Of a DNA stretch of 46,797 nucleotides, positions 1 to 7,869 are shown piece by piece. Source of the stretch: an uncultured archaeon (lineage in GTDB: Archaea; Hadarchaeota; Hadarchaeia; Hadarchaeales; WYZ-LMO6); the NCBI GenBank assembly GCA_938074535.1, contig CALJER010000039.1, forward strand, positions 1 through 46,797, written 5' to 3'. The position numbers and the translations under genes are program-made. The number at the start of each line of letters is the position of its first letter. Position 1 is the first letter of the stretch. The notes under the pieces are model-generated. The model made no database searches. It saw only the letters and a list, made by a program, of their open reading frames with translations, and was not told the DNA's origin.

Positions 1-2
1 GG

Positions 3-146
3 ATCGTCTACGTCTCCTGCAACCCCGCCGCCCTCGGGAGGGACCTGGCCGGACTGAGGGGGTTCAGCCTCGAGAGGGCCCGGCCCATAGACCTCTTCGC
101 CCAGACCAAGCACGTGGAGTGCGTGGTCATGCTGGAGAGGAAGTAG
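3..146 (+). CDS. C-terminal end of TrmA/RlmD(RumA)-family RNA (uracil-5)-methyltransferase (partial, 5' outside window)
   Basis: Manual translation IVYVSCNPAALGRDL...PIDLFAQTKHVECVVMLERK*; YVSCNP catalytic-Cys motif and DxFxxTxHVE motif. Not in the ORF track. Confidence 0.85.
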   Translation: MVYVSCNPAALGRDLAGLRGFSLERARPIDLFAQTKHVECVVMLERK

Positions 147-152
147 GCGTAC

Positions 153-169
153 TGGTCCCGCGGGGGAGA
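153..169. repeat. att core, distal copy (duplicate of tRNA-Tyr 3' end including CCA)
   Basis: 17/17 identical to 8280-8296. Confidence 0.92.
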
Positions 170-170
170 G

Positions 171-196
171 TTCATCGATGCGGTCAAAGAAGAAGG
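171..196 (+). repeat. att-arm sequence, copy 1
   Basis: TTCATCGATGCGGTCAAAGAAGAAGG, 23/26 identical to 6123-6148. Confidence 0.8.
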
Positions 197-252
197 CCAA
201 GGAGCAGGGAAAGGGGGAAGGTTGCGAAACCTCTCGGTGAAGAGCAGAGCAC

Positions 253-288
253 CCGCCAAATTTGGCGGTGGGTCCTTTAGCAGGACCC
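253..288. other. Perfect 16-bp palindrome followed by a 7-bp hairpin
   Basis: CCGCCAAATTTGGCGG (253-268); GGGTCCT-ttagc-AGGACCC (270-288). Function unknown. Confidence 0.6.
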
Positions 289-320
289 CGAAAATCGAAT
301 TGGGGTCAGGGGAATTGGGT
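287..320 (+). repeat. Left copy of inverted repeat bracketing the element cargo
   Basis: CCCGAAAATCGAATTGGGGTCAGG (287-310) matches the reverse complement of 7483-7506 at 22/24, with gapped similarity continuing to 320. Confidence 0.8.
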
Positions 321-336
321 TATATCATCAACAACG

Positions 337-3300
337 TTAGTGACTTCTCTCCGCCCCGCTGACCCTTCTCTCGACCATCAGCTCAACTTGCTTTTGCACA
401 TTCTCAACGTCCTCGTCTTTAATACCCAAAATCGCGGCCGCGGCTCGGTCGATCTCGTATATCTTGGGCTTGAGTTTCTCAATCTGCTCCCTGCTAGAGG
501 CACCACCGATTTCTCTTGCCTTTCGCTCGAGTTCGTCGAAAAGCTTGGCCAGCGTGTTTAGTTGTTCGTCGTTTAGTTTTCTTATATCAAGGATAGGCAT
601 TTCTCTGGCAACTTTTATTTCGAAACCTATTATCCCTCCAGGGCTTTTTCTTCCTTTGGTCTCTATGTAGGCTTGTGTAAAGCTTGAGTTAAGGAACGCT
701 AGAAGGGCCTTAATCTCATCGAGAGAGATTTCTTCCTTGGGTACAAGGGCTATTAGTGCGTGATACGTAGCTACTGGAAACCTACACCAAGTAAACCTAG
801 TCTTCCACCATCCTTGGTAGGTGGCAAGTATAGGTGCTGGAACTATCCCGCCTAAATCGTACCAACCGTGGAATATCTCTGTCTCTTTTGCCCTAACCTT
901 GGCTGCCTCGGTTTCGCTGGCCGGTTTTCCGCCTTTCCTGCTACCTCTTATCTCTGTCCTACATTCCGTTTCTCCCCATTTGATGTAGTTCTCCACCTCT
1001 TCAGGAAGGTCCATCCTCGGCTTGTGGCCTATGAACATGTAGCACTTTTCATCGGATTTGCGCATTTCTTCCCAGTCCTCCTCGGAAAATGTAAAGAAGT
1101 TCGTTTGTCTAGCGCTCGTTATGGCTGGATATATTAAAGCCTCCTTTAACGGGGCATTAGGATATGCCCACTTGTCAAGCCCAAACTCCTTTATTTTTGA
1201 GGGCGACAGATAGTGAAATTCGCTCGAGCCTGGATTTCTTACCCCCCTTATTCTGCCTGTGGATGTCAAGTAGAGATAAACAACGTTCCCATACGACGGC
1301 TCGAAAAGTTCGCCAAGTGTCGTCATTAGCGGATGTTCTGAGACATCTACGGTTTCGAAAAACATGTCTATCCATTTTTGTTCCCTGGGTAACTCCCTCT
1401 GTTTCACAAGTCTAACGGTGTACTTCTCCGATCTGCCGGTCTCTATGGCACCCAAAAGGTTATCGACATCCGCGCCTTCGACCTCACCAGGAATATGGAC
1501 AAAAGCGACCTCGTTTTCCAGTCTCTTTTCTTTGTCACTTTCTTTCTCGGCGAGGACTATGCAGGTTGTTACCAGGGCGTCTTTGAAAAGTCTAAGGGCG
1601 ACGTCTGTTATGGCTTTCACCCTGAAGTTGTCAAGAAGAAAATTCCCGAAACCGATGCCGTAGTCAGTCTGAAGCCAAGTGTTCGAGATGATCATCCCCA
1701 GCCTGCCACCTTCCTTAAGGAAATCGGTAGCATGCATTATCCAGTAGGTGTAGATTCCAGGCTCGACCCCCCTGGAGACTTGGGGGGTGAGCCCGTACTT
1801 CTTCATGAGCTTTCCTAAGCGTTTCCTGATCAACCCTTGCGTCTCTTCCGGGATCTCCGTCCACCTGGTGTACGGGGGATTTCCTATTACGGCATCAAAT
1901 TTCGGCATGACCACCTCACGCTCTTCCTCCCGCACGATCGTCTTCACCTTGTACGGGGTCAGGACCCTCTGGCCGGGCTGCAGCCTGAAGAAGTCTGACA
2001 CCAGCACGTTCAGCTTCGTGGACGGAACCCTGATGTTCTTGATCGAAACCCCCATGGCGGAAAGATGGGCCGGAAAGGGGTTTATATCAAGGGCGTAGAG
2101 CTGCCCTAAGATCTGCTCATGATCGGAGGGTCGAACGAGGCGCAGGTCTTTTTCTCCCCTTTTCAGCTCGAAGAGTCTCCTGTAGGCCTGCAGGAGAAAG
2201 CCCCCGCTGCCCACACCCGGATCCAGTACAACGTCGTCAGGACTTCTGATGCACCAGCGGGTTATGAACTCGCAAACCCACAGTGGCGTGTAGAACTGGC
2301 CGAGCTGATGCCTCTCCTCTGGCGGGATGAGGACCTCGTAGATATAGCCGATCTGATCCCCTATCTTGACGATGTCAATGCTTTCGAGGTCGTAGACGAA
2401 ATCGTTGATATATTCCATCAGGTCTGGGTCATCGGGGATTGGAAGCTGGTCATACACCCCGGTGCGGAAGATGGGCTCGAAATCACGGGTTGCTTCAACG
2501 GCTCTGTCGAAATTATACTTTAAACTCTCCTTGAACCTAACCACCGAGGACGAGTCGAGTGAAACCATCGGAGGCAGTTTGTAGCTCCTTTCCAGCACTT
2601 TGCGAAAAATGAGCTTGTTCATGAGCACGTATGCCATCATGCGCGCCAGATTTCTGGCGGTTTGGGGTAGGTCCTCAGGCCCCGTTTTGTACCCCAGTTT
2701 TTCCACCTCTTTCCTGAAAACCCTGTCCTCCTTTAACTGTGCCTCCAGGCGAGGCAGGCACTTCTCAGCCAAGGTCCTGACAAATTCCCTGAACCTTTCC
2801 ATCATGGCCTCGGTCGGCTCCGGTTTGGTGAACCTTTTCTCCGCGTATTCCTTGGCAAGCCTGTCAATCAAATCCTCGACAAATTCAGCACTCATCGAGA
2901 GTTTCTGAGGTTTGCCCACCATGTAGCTCTCGAGTATAGAAAAGTAGTTTCGCCCGATGGCACTTCTGTAATCCCTTTTCATCAGGGCCTCTCGGTTGAT
3001 GTATCTTTCGATGTCTTTTGGAACCCTAAAGACAGCGATGAACTCAGGATTTGCCGTGGCGACAAAGGGGATTTCGTGCTCCGGGTGTGAGCGCTTCCAG
3101 AGCGCGGCGTAGGACATTACCTGGCCTACAACCGAAGCATCCAGTGGATCGAACAAGGCACCCCTGCCGACCTTCCGTTTGGTCTCGATGAACATGAAGG
3201 GGATTTCGCCCCGCATGAAGACCACGAGGTCCGCTTCCCTGCCGTCCACGGGGTAATCCCTCTCGACGTGGGTTATCTCGACCCCGTGAAACCTGCGCTC

Positions 3301-3375
3301 CTTGGTCACCTTTTCAATCAGGTCTTTGAGAGCATCCTGAAGCCTGGCCTCGCGCTCCATCTTCAACCTCCCCAC
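337..3375 (-). CDS. Type IIG/IIC-like fused restriction endonuclease / N6-adenine DNA methyltransferase
   Basis: N-terminal PD-(D/E)xK-like (EADLVVF...FIETKR); GQFYTP, motif I LDPGVGSGGFL, DINP, motif IV NPPY in gamma order; C-terminal TRD-like region; 1012 aa. Confidence 0.88.
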   Translation of the reverse strand: MGRLKMEREARLQDALKDLIEKVTKERRFHGVEITHVERDYPVDGREADLVVFMRGEIPFMFIETKRKVGRGALFDPLDASVVGQVMSYAALWKRSHPEHEIPFVATANPEFIAVFRVPKDIERYINREALMKRDYRSAIGRNYFSILESYMVGKPQKLSMSAEFVEDLIDRLAKEYAEKRFTKPEPTEAMMERFREFVRTLAEKCLPRLEAQLKEDRVFRKEVEKLGYKTGPEDLPQTARNLARMMAYVLMNKLIFRKVLERSYKLPPMVSLDSSSVVRFKESLKYNFDRAVEATRDFEPIFRTGVYDQLPIPDDPDLMEYINDFVYDLESIDIVKIGDQIGYIYEVLIPPEERHQLGQFYTPLWVCEFITRWCIRSPDDVVLDPGVGSGGFLLQAYRRLFELKRGEKDLRLVRPSDHEQILGQLYALDINPFPAHLSAMGVSIKNIRVPSTKLNVLVSDFFRLQPGQRVLTPYKVKTIVREEEREVVMPKFDAVIGNPPYTRWTEIPEETQGLIRKRLGKLMKKYGLTPQVSRGVEPGIYTYWIMHATDFLKEGGRLGMIISNTWLQTDYGIGFGNFLLDNFRVKAITDVALRLFKDALVTTCIVLAEKESDKEKRLENEVAFVHIPGEVEGADVDNLLGAIETGRSEKYTVRLVKQRELPREQKWIDMFFETVDVSEHPLMTTLGELFEPSYGNVVYLYLTSTGRIRGVRNPGSSEFHYLSPSKIKEFGLDKWAYPNAPLKEALIYPAITSARQTNFFTFSEEDWEEMRKSDEKCYMFIGHKPRMDLPEEVENYIKWGETECRTEIRGSRKGGKPASETEAAKVRAKETEIFHGWYDLGGIVPAPILATYQGWWKTRFTWCRFPVATYHALIALVPKEEISLDEIKALLAFLNSSFTQAYIETKGRKSPGGIIGFEIKVAREMPILDIRKLNDEQLNTLAKLFDELERKAREIGGASSREQIEKLKPKIYEIDRAAAAILGIKDEDVENVQKQVELMVERRVSGAERSH

Positions 3376-3723
3376 AAAAATGCTGGGTCCATATCCCTCT
3401 TTCTCCCCCTCGGATACTGCGTCATCCTCCCATTTCTACCCTCGGAATCTGCCTTTAACTATCTCTTGGATGTCGCGAACAAGGAAAGATTTGGCGAACT
3501 GGATCGAGGGCAGATAGCCTAGGTAGGGGTCAAGGTGGGCAAGCATTCAGGTAAGGGTAAAAGCATAGCTATCCCCTCTAGAAATCGGGCGGGCGAAGCT
3601 GGTTCAGGCTTTTTGTGCCCCATAAGTGACTCGCTGTGGTTGGTGCCGGGAGCGGAGGCCAGCCGGTTTAGGGTTCTCGGTCCCCACCCAAGGATTTATT
3701 TTTGAACTCCAACGATTAACACG

Positions 3724-6034
3724 GTGCACACGGGCACCGACAAGTCCGGCTACCGGGAGAGTGGGCGGACCCCCCCTTGCCATCCCAGGCTCCTGATCCC
3801 CTCCTCACCCTCCTGCTGCTCTGCTCCCTCCTCCCGCTTGTCTGGCCGGCCTCAGCGGCCGGCGGGTGGGCGGAGAGGGCCCCCACCCCCGCCTCGGGGG
3901 GCTACGGCCAGGCCGTGGTGGGGGCTGGCAGTTTCGTCTACGTGGTAAGGTGCCTGTACGCGAGTAGCGAAGTCCAGTTCTGGAGATACAGCCCGTCCGC
4001 GAACTCCTGGGAGAGCCTGACCACGGGCCTGGCGGCGGGGACCTTCAGGAACGGGACCGCCCTGGCCTGGGACGGGGGGGGACTTCATGTACGCCCTGGC
4101 GGGGGCGCGCTACGAGGACGCGGACCGCAGGCTCTTCCTGCGCTACCGCCTCTCCACCGGCACCTGGGAGTACCTGCCCGAAACGCCCGGGCCGCAGGGG
4201 GCCGGGAACGCCCTGGTCTGGTCGGGCTGGGACGGGAAGCTCTACGCCTTCCTGGGGAGCAGCCAGCACGGGACCGTCTTCGCCCGCTACGATCCCCAGT
4301 CGGTGTCCTGGGTGCTGAGAGCTGACCCGCCCGGGGGCGTCGACGACGGGGCCTCCCTCGCGTGGGCGGGAGGAAGGTTCCTCTACGCCCTGAGGGGCGA
4401 GTACCACGAGAGCTCCCCCCTCCGGGACTTCTGGCGCTACGACATCGAAACGGACACCTGGAGCGCCCTCAGCCCCATCCCCGACCCCGGGGGGGTGGGG
4501 GACGGGGGCTCGCTCCTGTGGATAGGGAACTTCCTGGGCGACCAGGCCGACTACCTCTACGCCCTAGGGGGAGGGGCCTGCGACGAGGCCCCAGGGTACG
4601 GGTTCTACCGCTACAGGATCTCCACCGACACCTGGGAGACCCTGGAGAGCCTCCCCTACCCCGTGGGGTACTACAACGGGAACAGGCTGGCCTACGCCTC
4701 CGGCAGCATCTTCTACTGGCAGGGAACCCCCTCCACCTGGAGCGGCGGGGGCGCGAGGTTTTGCGCGTACCCGGTCTCTGCCCCGGCGAACAACCCGCCG
4801 GTCCTGAGCTCCGGGAGCGTCTCGCCAACATCTGGCACGACGGACACGACCTTCACCTACGAGGTCACCTACACGGATGCGGACGGGGACGCTCCCTCCT
4901 ACGTGAGGGTCTACATCGACGGCGTTGGGTACCCCATGATCAAAGTCAGCGGCACGTACTCTGGGGGAGCCGTCTACCGCTACACCACCACCCTCGGCGC
5001 GGGCCCGCACACCTACTACTTCGCGGCGAGCGACGGCACCGACTCCGCGAGGCTGCCTTCGAGCGGGTCCTACTCGGGGCCCACCGTGGGGACCGCCAAC
5101 ACCCCACCAACTCTGAGTTATGGAGGTGTTTCTCCCTCCTCGGGGGCGATTGGCACGACATTCACGTATGAGGTCACCTACACGGACGCGGACGGGGATG
5201 CTCCATCGTATGTCAATGTTTACATCGACGGGGTTCCGTACTCCATGAGCAGGGCGAGCGGGACCTACACGGAGGGCGCCCTCTACCGGTACGCCACGAG
5301 TTCGCTCGGCGCCGGCTCCCACACATACTACTTTGAGGCGAGCGACAACAGGGGGGCGGGGGCCAGGCTGCCCGCGAGCGGGAGCTTCAGCGGACCCACG
5401 GTGGGGGTGCGGGGCAGCCCGCCCACCGCGTCGTTCGGCTACTCCCCCGCTTCCCCCACCACCGAGGACACCGTCCAGTTCACCGACCGGTCCACCGACA
5501 ACGACGGCACGATCGTCTCCTGGTGGTGGGATTTCGGCGACGGGGAGACGAGCACCCTGCAGAACCCCTCCCACAGGTACTCCAGGAGCGGCACGTACAT
5601 CGTGACCCTCAAGATAACCGACAACGAGGGGATGGAGGACTACGCCTTCCAGGCGATCACCGTCACCTCCCCGGCGCCCGAGGTCGCGTTCACGTTTACC
5701 GGCCCCTGGCGGAGAGCCCCTCGCCGGCGTCACGATCTACTACGGCTTCTCGGAGGGAGAGGAAACCGAGGTGCTCGGCACCACCGATGCCCAGGGCAGG
5801 ATCACCTGCAGGGATCCGGGCTTCCTCGGCCGGACCCTGTACTTCAGGAGCGAAAACGGAAGGTTCGCGGGAAGTTCCTACGTCGGTTCGGCGGAAGAGG
5901 CGAGCGTCTCGCTCGTAGGGGTTCCGAAGAAGGGCCCCGGCCTCGGTTGCGGTATTGTGGGGTTGGTCCTTTTTGCGTTTATCGCGTTTGTAGCTTACCG
6001 GATTATCCGTCGCATAAGACAAACCCTTCTTTGA
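3724..6034 (+). pseudogene. Frameshifted cell-surface protein: signal peptide, Kelch beta-propeller, two tandem Ig-like domains, PKD domain, C-terminal TM anchor
   Basis: Signal peptide LLTLLLLCSLLPLVWPASA; Kelch-like repeats (GG..YALxG..FWRYD...W); WWWDFGDG PKD motif; TM plus basic tail GIVGLVLFAFIAFVAYRIIRRIR ending at 6034. Frame breaks at G8 (4074-4081), C4 (5703-5706) and possibly C4 (3798-3801). Start 3724 vs 3777 uncertain. Confidence 0.78.
4789..5406 (+). repeat. Tandem ~100-aa Ig-like domain duplication in the surface protein
   Basis: NxPPxLSxGxVSPxSG..TTFTYEVTYTDADGDAPSYVxVYIDGV...HTYYFxASD...ARLPxSGSxSGPTVG occurs twice (about 4789-5091 and 5098-5406). Confidence 0.85.
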
Positions 6035-6107
6035 GCAATAGAATCTCACCCTCTTCGCCCTTGATTTCGCCCTTTCACTCTCCAAGGGGTATTTCACACT
6101 ATTCCTG

Positions 6108-6148
6108 TGGGCGGGGAGGGGTTTCATCGATACGGTTAAGGAAGAAGG
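6108..6148 (+). repeat. Second, degenerate att-like site (arm copy 2)
   Basis: 6123-6148 TTCATCGATACGGTTAAGGAAGAAGG is 23/26 to 171-196, preceded by G-rich TGGGCGGGGAGGG in the register of the att core. Confidence 0.72.
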
Positions 6149-6284
6149 GAAAAAGGAGGGCCGGGGAAGGGGGGGGAGATCAGGGGGTGTTGCCTTGAGG
6201 GCGAAGGGGTGAGCTCCATTCTGACGCTCCTGCTAGTGATGGTATAATGCGCGAAACGGAGGAGATTTCAACCTCTTTTGGAGT

Positions 6285-6312
6285 CACGAAACAAAAGTAA
6301 ACTTTTGTCGTG
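6285..6312. terminator. Inverted repeat just downstream of the nuclease gene (possible terminator or binding site)
   Basis: ACAAAAGT-aa-ACTTTTGT (6291-6308) flanked by CACG/CGTG. Confidence 0.4.
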
Positions 6313-6314
6313 TT

Positions 6315-7376
6315 TCAAGCGTTCCGCTCTGATGACTTGATCAAAGGAGTATCGCTCAGCTCAAATTTTATAGCATAGTACTTTAGTTTGACCTTGTTCG
6401 CGACTTCTTTAACCGCATAATTAAGGTTCTCGTCAGATTCATGAGTGACTAATATTCCCTTGACCTCTTTCTCCCCCGCCATTTTTTCCCTAACCCACCC
6501 CATGTATCTGAGCAACTGGCCCAAAGCCCTCTCATCTGCTATTCCCTTTTTCAGTTCCACCACAACGAAATTTCCACTCTCGTCTCTACAGAGAAGGTCA
6601 ATCCTACCAACACCAGTTTGGTATTCGGTATTCAAAACAGAAAGCCCTCTTTCTATCGCTTCAGGATGTAGACTCAAGTACTCTCTTAACTCCCTTTCGG
6701 CTTCGAGCGGAACTCTTAACTCCCTTTCGGCTTCGAGCGGAACTTGTTCGCTTTCGGATTCCTCCTTTGTGGGTGTGGGGGAAAGTTTCTCCTTCCAAAC
6801 CCACCAAAGGAAGCTGTCAAGCGTTATGAGATCCACACCCAACTCCGAACATAATTTTTCTTCCGCCTCAATTATCTCTCTATATTTCTCGCCGTAGGTA
6901 CCTCTCAACTTGCCAATCCTCCCAATTGCTCGTAAAACAGTCTCTTTCGGGCCACTCCAGAAAGGGTATTTTTTTGGATCCCGAAGGAATAGAATCATCG
7001 TGGCTGTGACGTGACCTATACCTGGACATTCCAAGGCTTCATTAAGCCTTTTTTCTATGTCTCTACCTTCATCAATCAACACTCTGATTGCGGATTTCGT
7101 TCTCTCCAAGTCTTCCACTAAACGTAACACTAAACGTAAGGCAACTCTTTTTTGTAGTTCCGGTATTTGATTTTCCTCAAAGTTCAGCAACTTAAAGATG
7201 GTTTCCCCTGTTAAACCGTCAAGGTTCTCCGGAGCCAAGAGTCGACCGAGTTTCTCGCAGGCCTCTCTTCTTCTTTTTATCCAAGCGTGAACATTCCCAA
7301 CAAGTTCGGCCTCGGTTTCTGGGCGCATAAATTCCTGAAAAAGAGCGCCGATGTCTAACACCATTTTTACCTCCAT
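6315..7376 (-). CDS. HhH-like N-terminal domain fused to NucS/DUF91-type PD-(D/E)xK endonuclease (putative defence nuclease)
   Basis: C-terminal GRIDLLCRD...VVVELKK...ALGQLLRYMGWV; N-terminal PGIGHVTATMILFLRDPKKYP helix-hairpin-helix-like motif; low GC. Confidence 0.78.
   Translation of the reverse strand: MEVKMVLDIGALFQEFMRPETEAELVGNVHAWIKRRREACEKLGRLLAPENLDGLTGETIFKLLNFEENQIPELQKRVALRLVLRLVEDLERTKSAIRVLIDEGRDIEKRLNEALECPGIGHVTATMILFLRDPKKYPFWSGPKETVLRAIGRIGKLRGTYGEKYREIIEAEEKLCSELGVDLITLDSFLWWVWKEKLSPTPTKEESESEQVPLEAERELRVPLEAERELREYLSLHPEAIERGLSVLNTEYQTGVGRIDLLCRDESGNFVVVELKKGIADERALGQLLRYMGWVREKMAGEKEVKGILVTHESDENLNYAVKEVANKVKLKYYAIKFELSDTPLIKSSERNA
6683..6744. repeat. 30-bp perfect in-frame tandem duplication (VPLEAERELR x2)
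   Basis: CTCTTAACTCCCTTTCGGCTTCGAGCGGAA at 6683-6712 and 6713-6742. Confidence 0.95.
7116..7139. repeat. 12-bp perfect in-frame tandem duplication (LRLV x2)
   Basis: CACTAAACGTAA x2. Confidence 0.9.
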
Positions 7377-7473
7377 TTAGACTAATTTTTTGCTAGGTAC
7401 TTAAATTTTTCTAAAAGACCACTCGACCTAACATTATTTAACCCACTCTCCCTTTGACCATTGACCTATTCTG

Positions 7474-7506
7474 ACCCAAATTCCTGACCCTAATTCGATT
7501 TTCAGG
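7474..7506 (-). repeat. Right copy of inverted repeat bracketing the element cargo
   Basis: Reverse complement CCTGAAAATCGAATTAGGGTCAGGAATTTGGGT vs 287-320. Confidence 0.8.
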
Positions 7507-7588
7507 CTTTCGGGCGGGGAGGAACGGGAAAAATGTAATCACGTTTCTAGGCCCCGAAAACGCATCCGATGTTCAAAACTCGAGTGCT

Positions 7589-7614
7589 ATTAAAATGTTT
7601 CCATTTTAATGGAA
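7589..7614. promoter_or_regulatory. Overlapping AT-rich inverted repeats (candidate protein-binding site)
   Basis: ATTAAAATG-tttc-CATTTTAAT (7589-7610) overlapping TTCCATT-tt-AATGGAA (7599-7614). Confidence 0.45.
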
Positions 7615-7658
7615 CCGAGAAAAAGAAGCCGTTTTGCGGGCTTTTCCCTCCGCTTCCT

Positions 7659-7850
7659 TTATTCACTTTGGGCCGGGGCGGATCCCTCCAGCCGAGTCAA
7701 GAGCTCCGCAGGGGTCATCCCCATGCTGGGGGCCGTCTTTATCGCCCACTCCAGCCAAGCCATCGGGCTGCCCTTCTCCTTCAGCTCCCTGTACTGCTGA
7801 ACCAGCTCCTCCAGTTTCTTTTTCCGCTCCTCCTCCCTGGTGGCCTTCAA
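7659..7850 (-). pseudogene. Small helical ORF or C-terminal gene fragment of unknown function
   Basis: KATREEERKKKLEELVQQYRELKEKG...AELLTRLEG has host-like codon usage and abuts the integrase remnant back-to-back. Confidence 0.45.
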
Positions 7851-7869
7851 GGAGAAAGTCGTAGGGAAC

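Noticed and set aside
3701-3710. TTTGAACTCC matching the tRNA T-arm as another att scar
   Set aside because: Only 10 bp and directly adjacent to a likely promoter; not distinguishable from chance.
6035-6198. C-terminus of the 703-aa ORF (4087-6198) as the real protein end
   Set aside because: After 5706 that frame is low-complexity read-through; the coherent domain and TM anchor are in the frame ending at 6034.
6683-6744. 30-bp repeat as a possible CRISPR mini-array
   Set aside because: No spacer, in-frame within a CDS, and no cas genes; no CRISPR array seen in the window.
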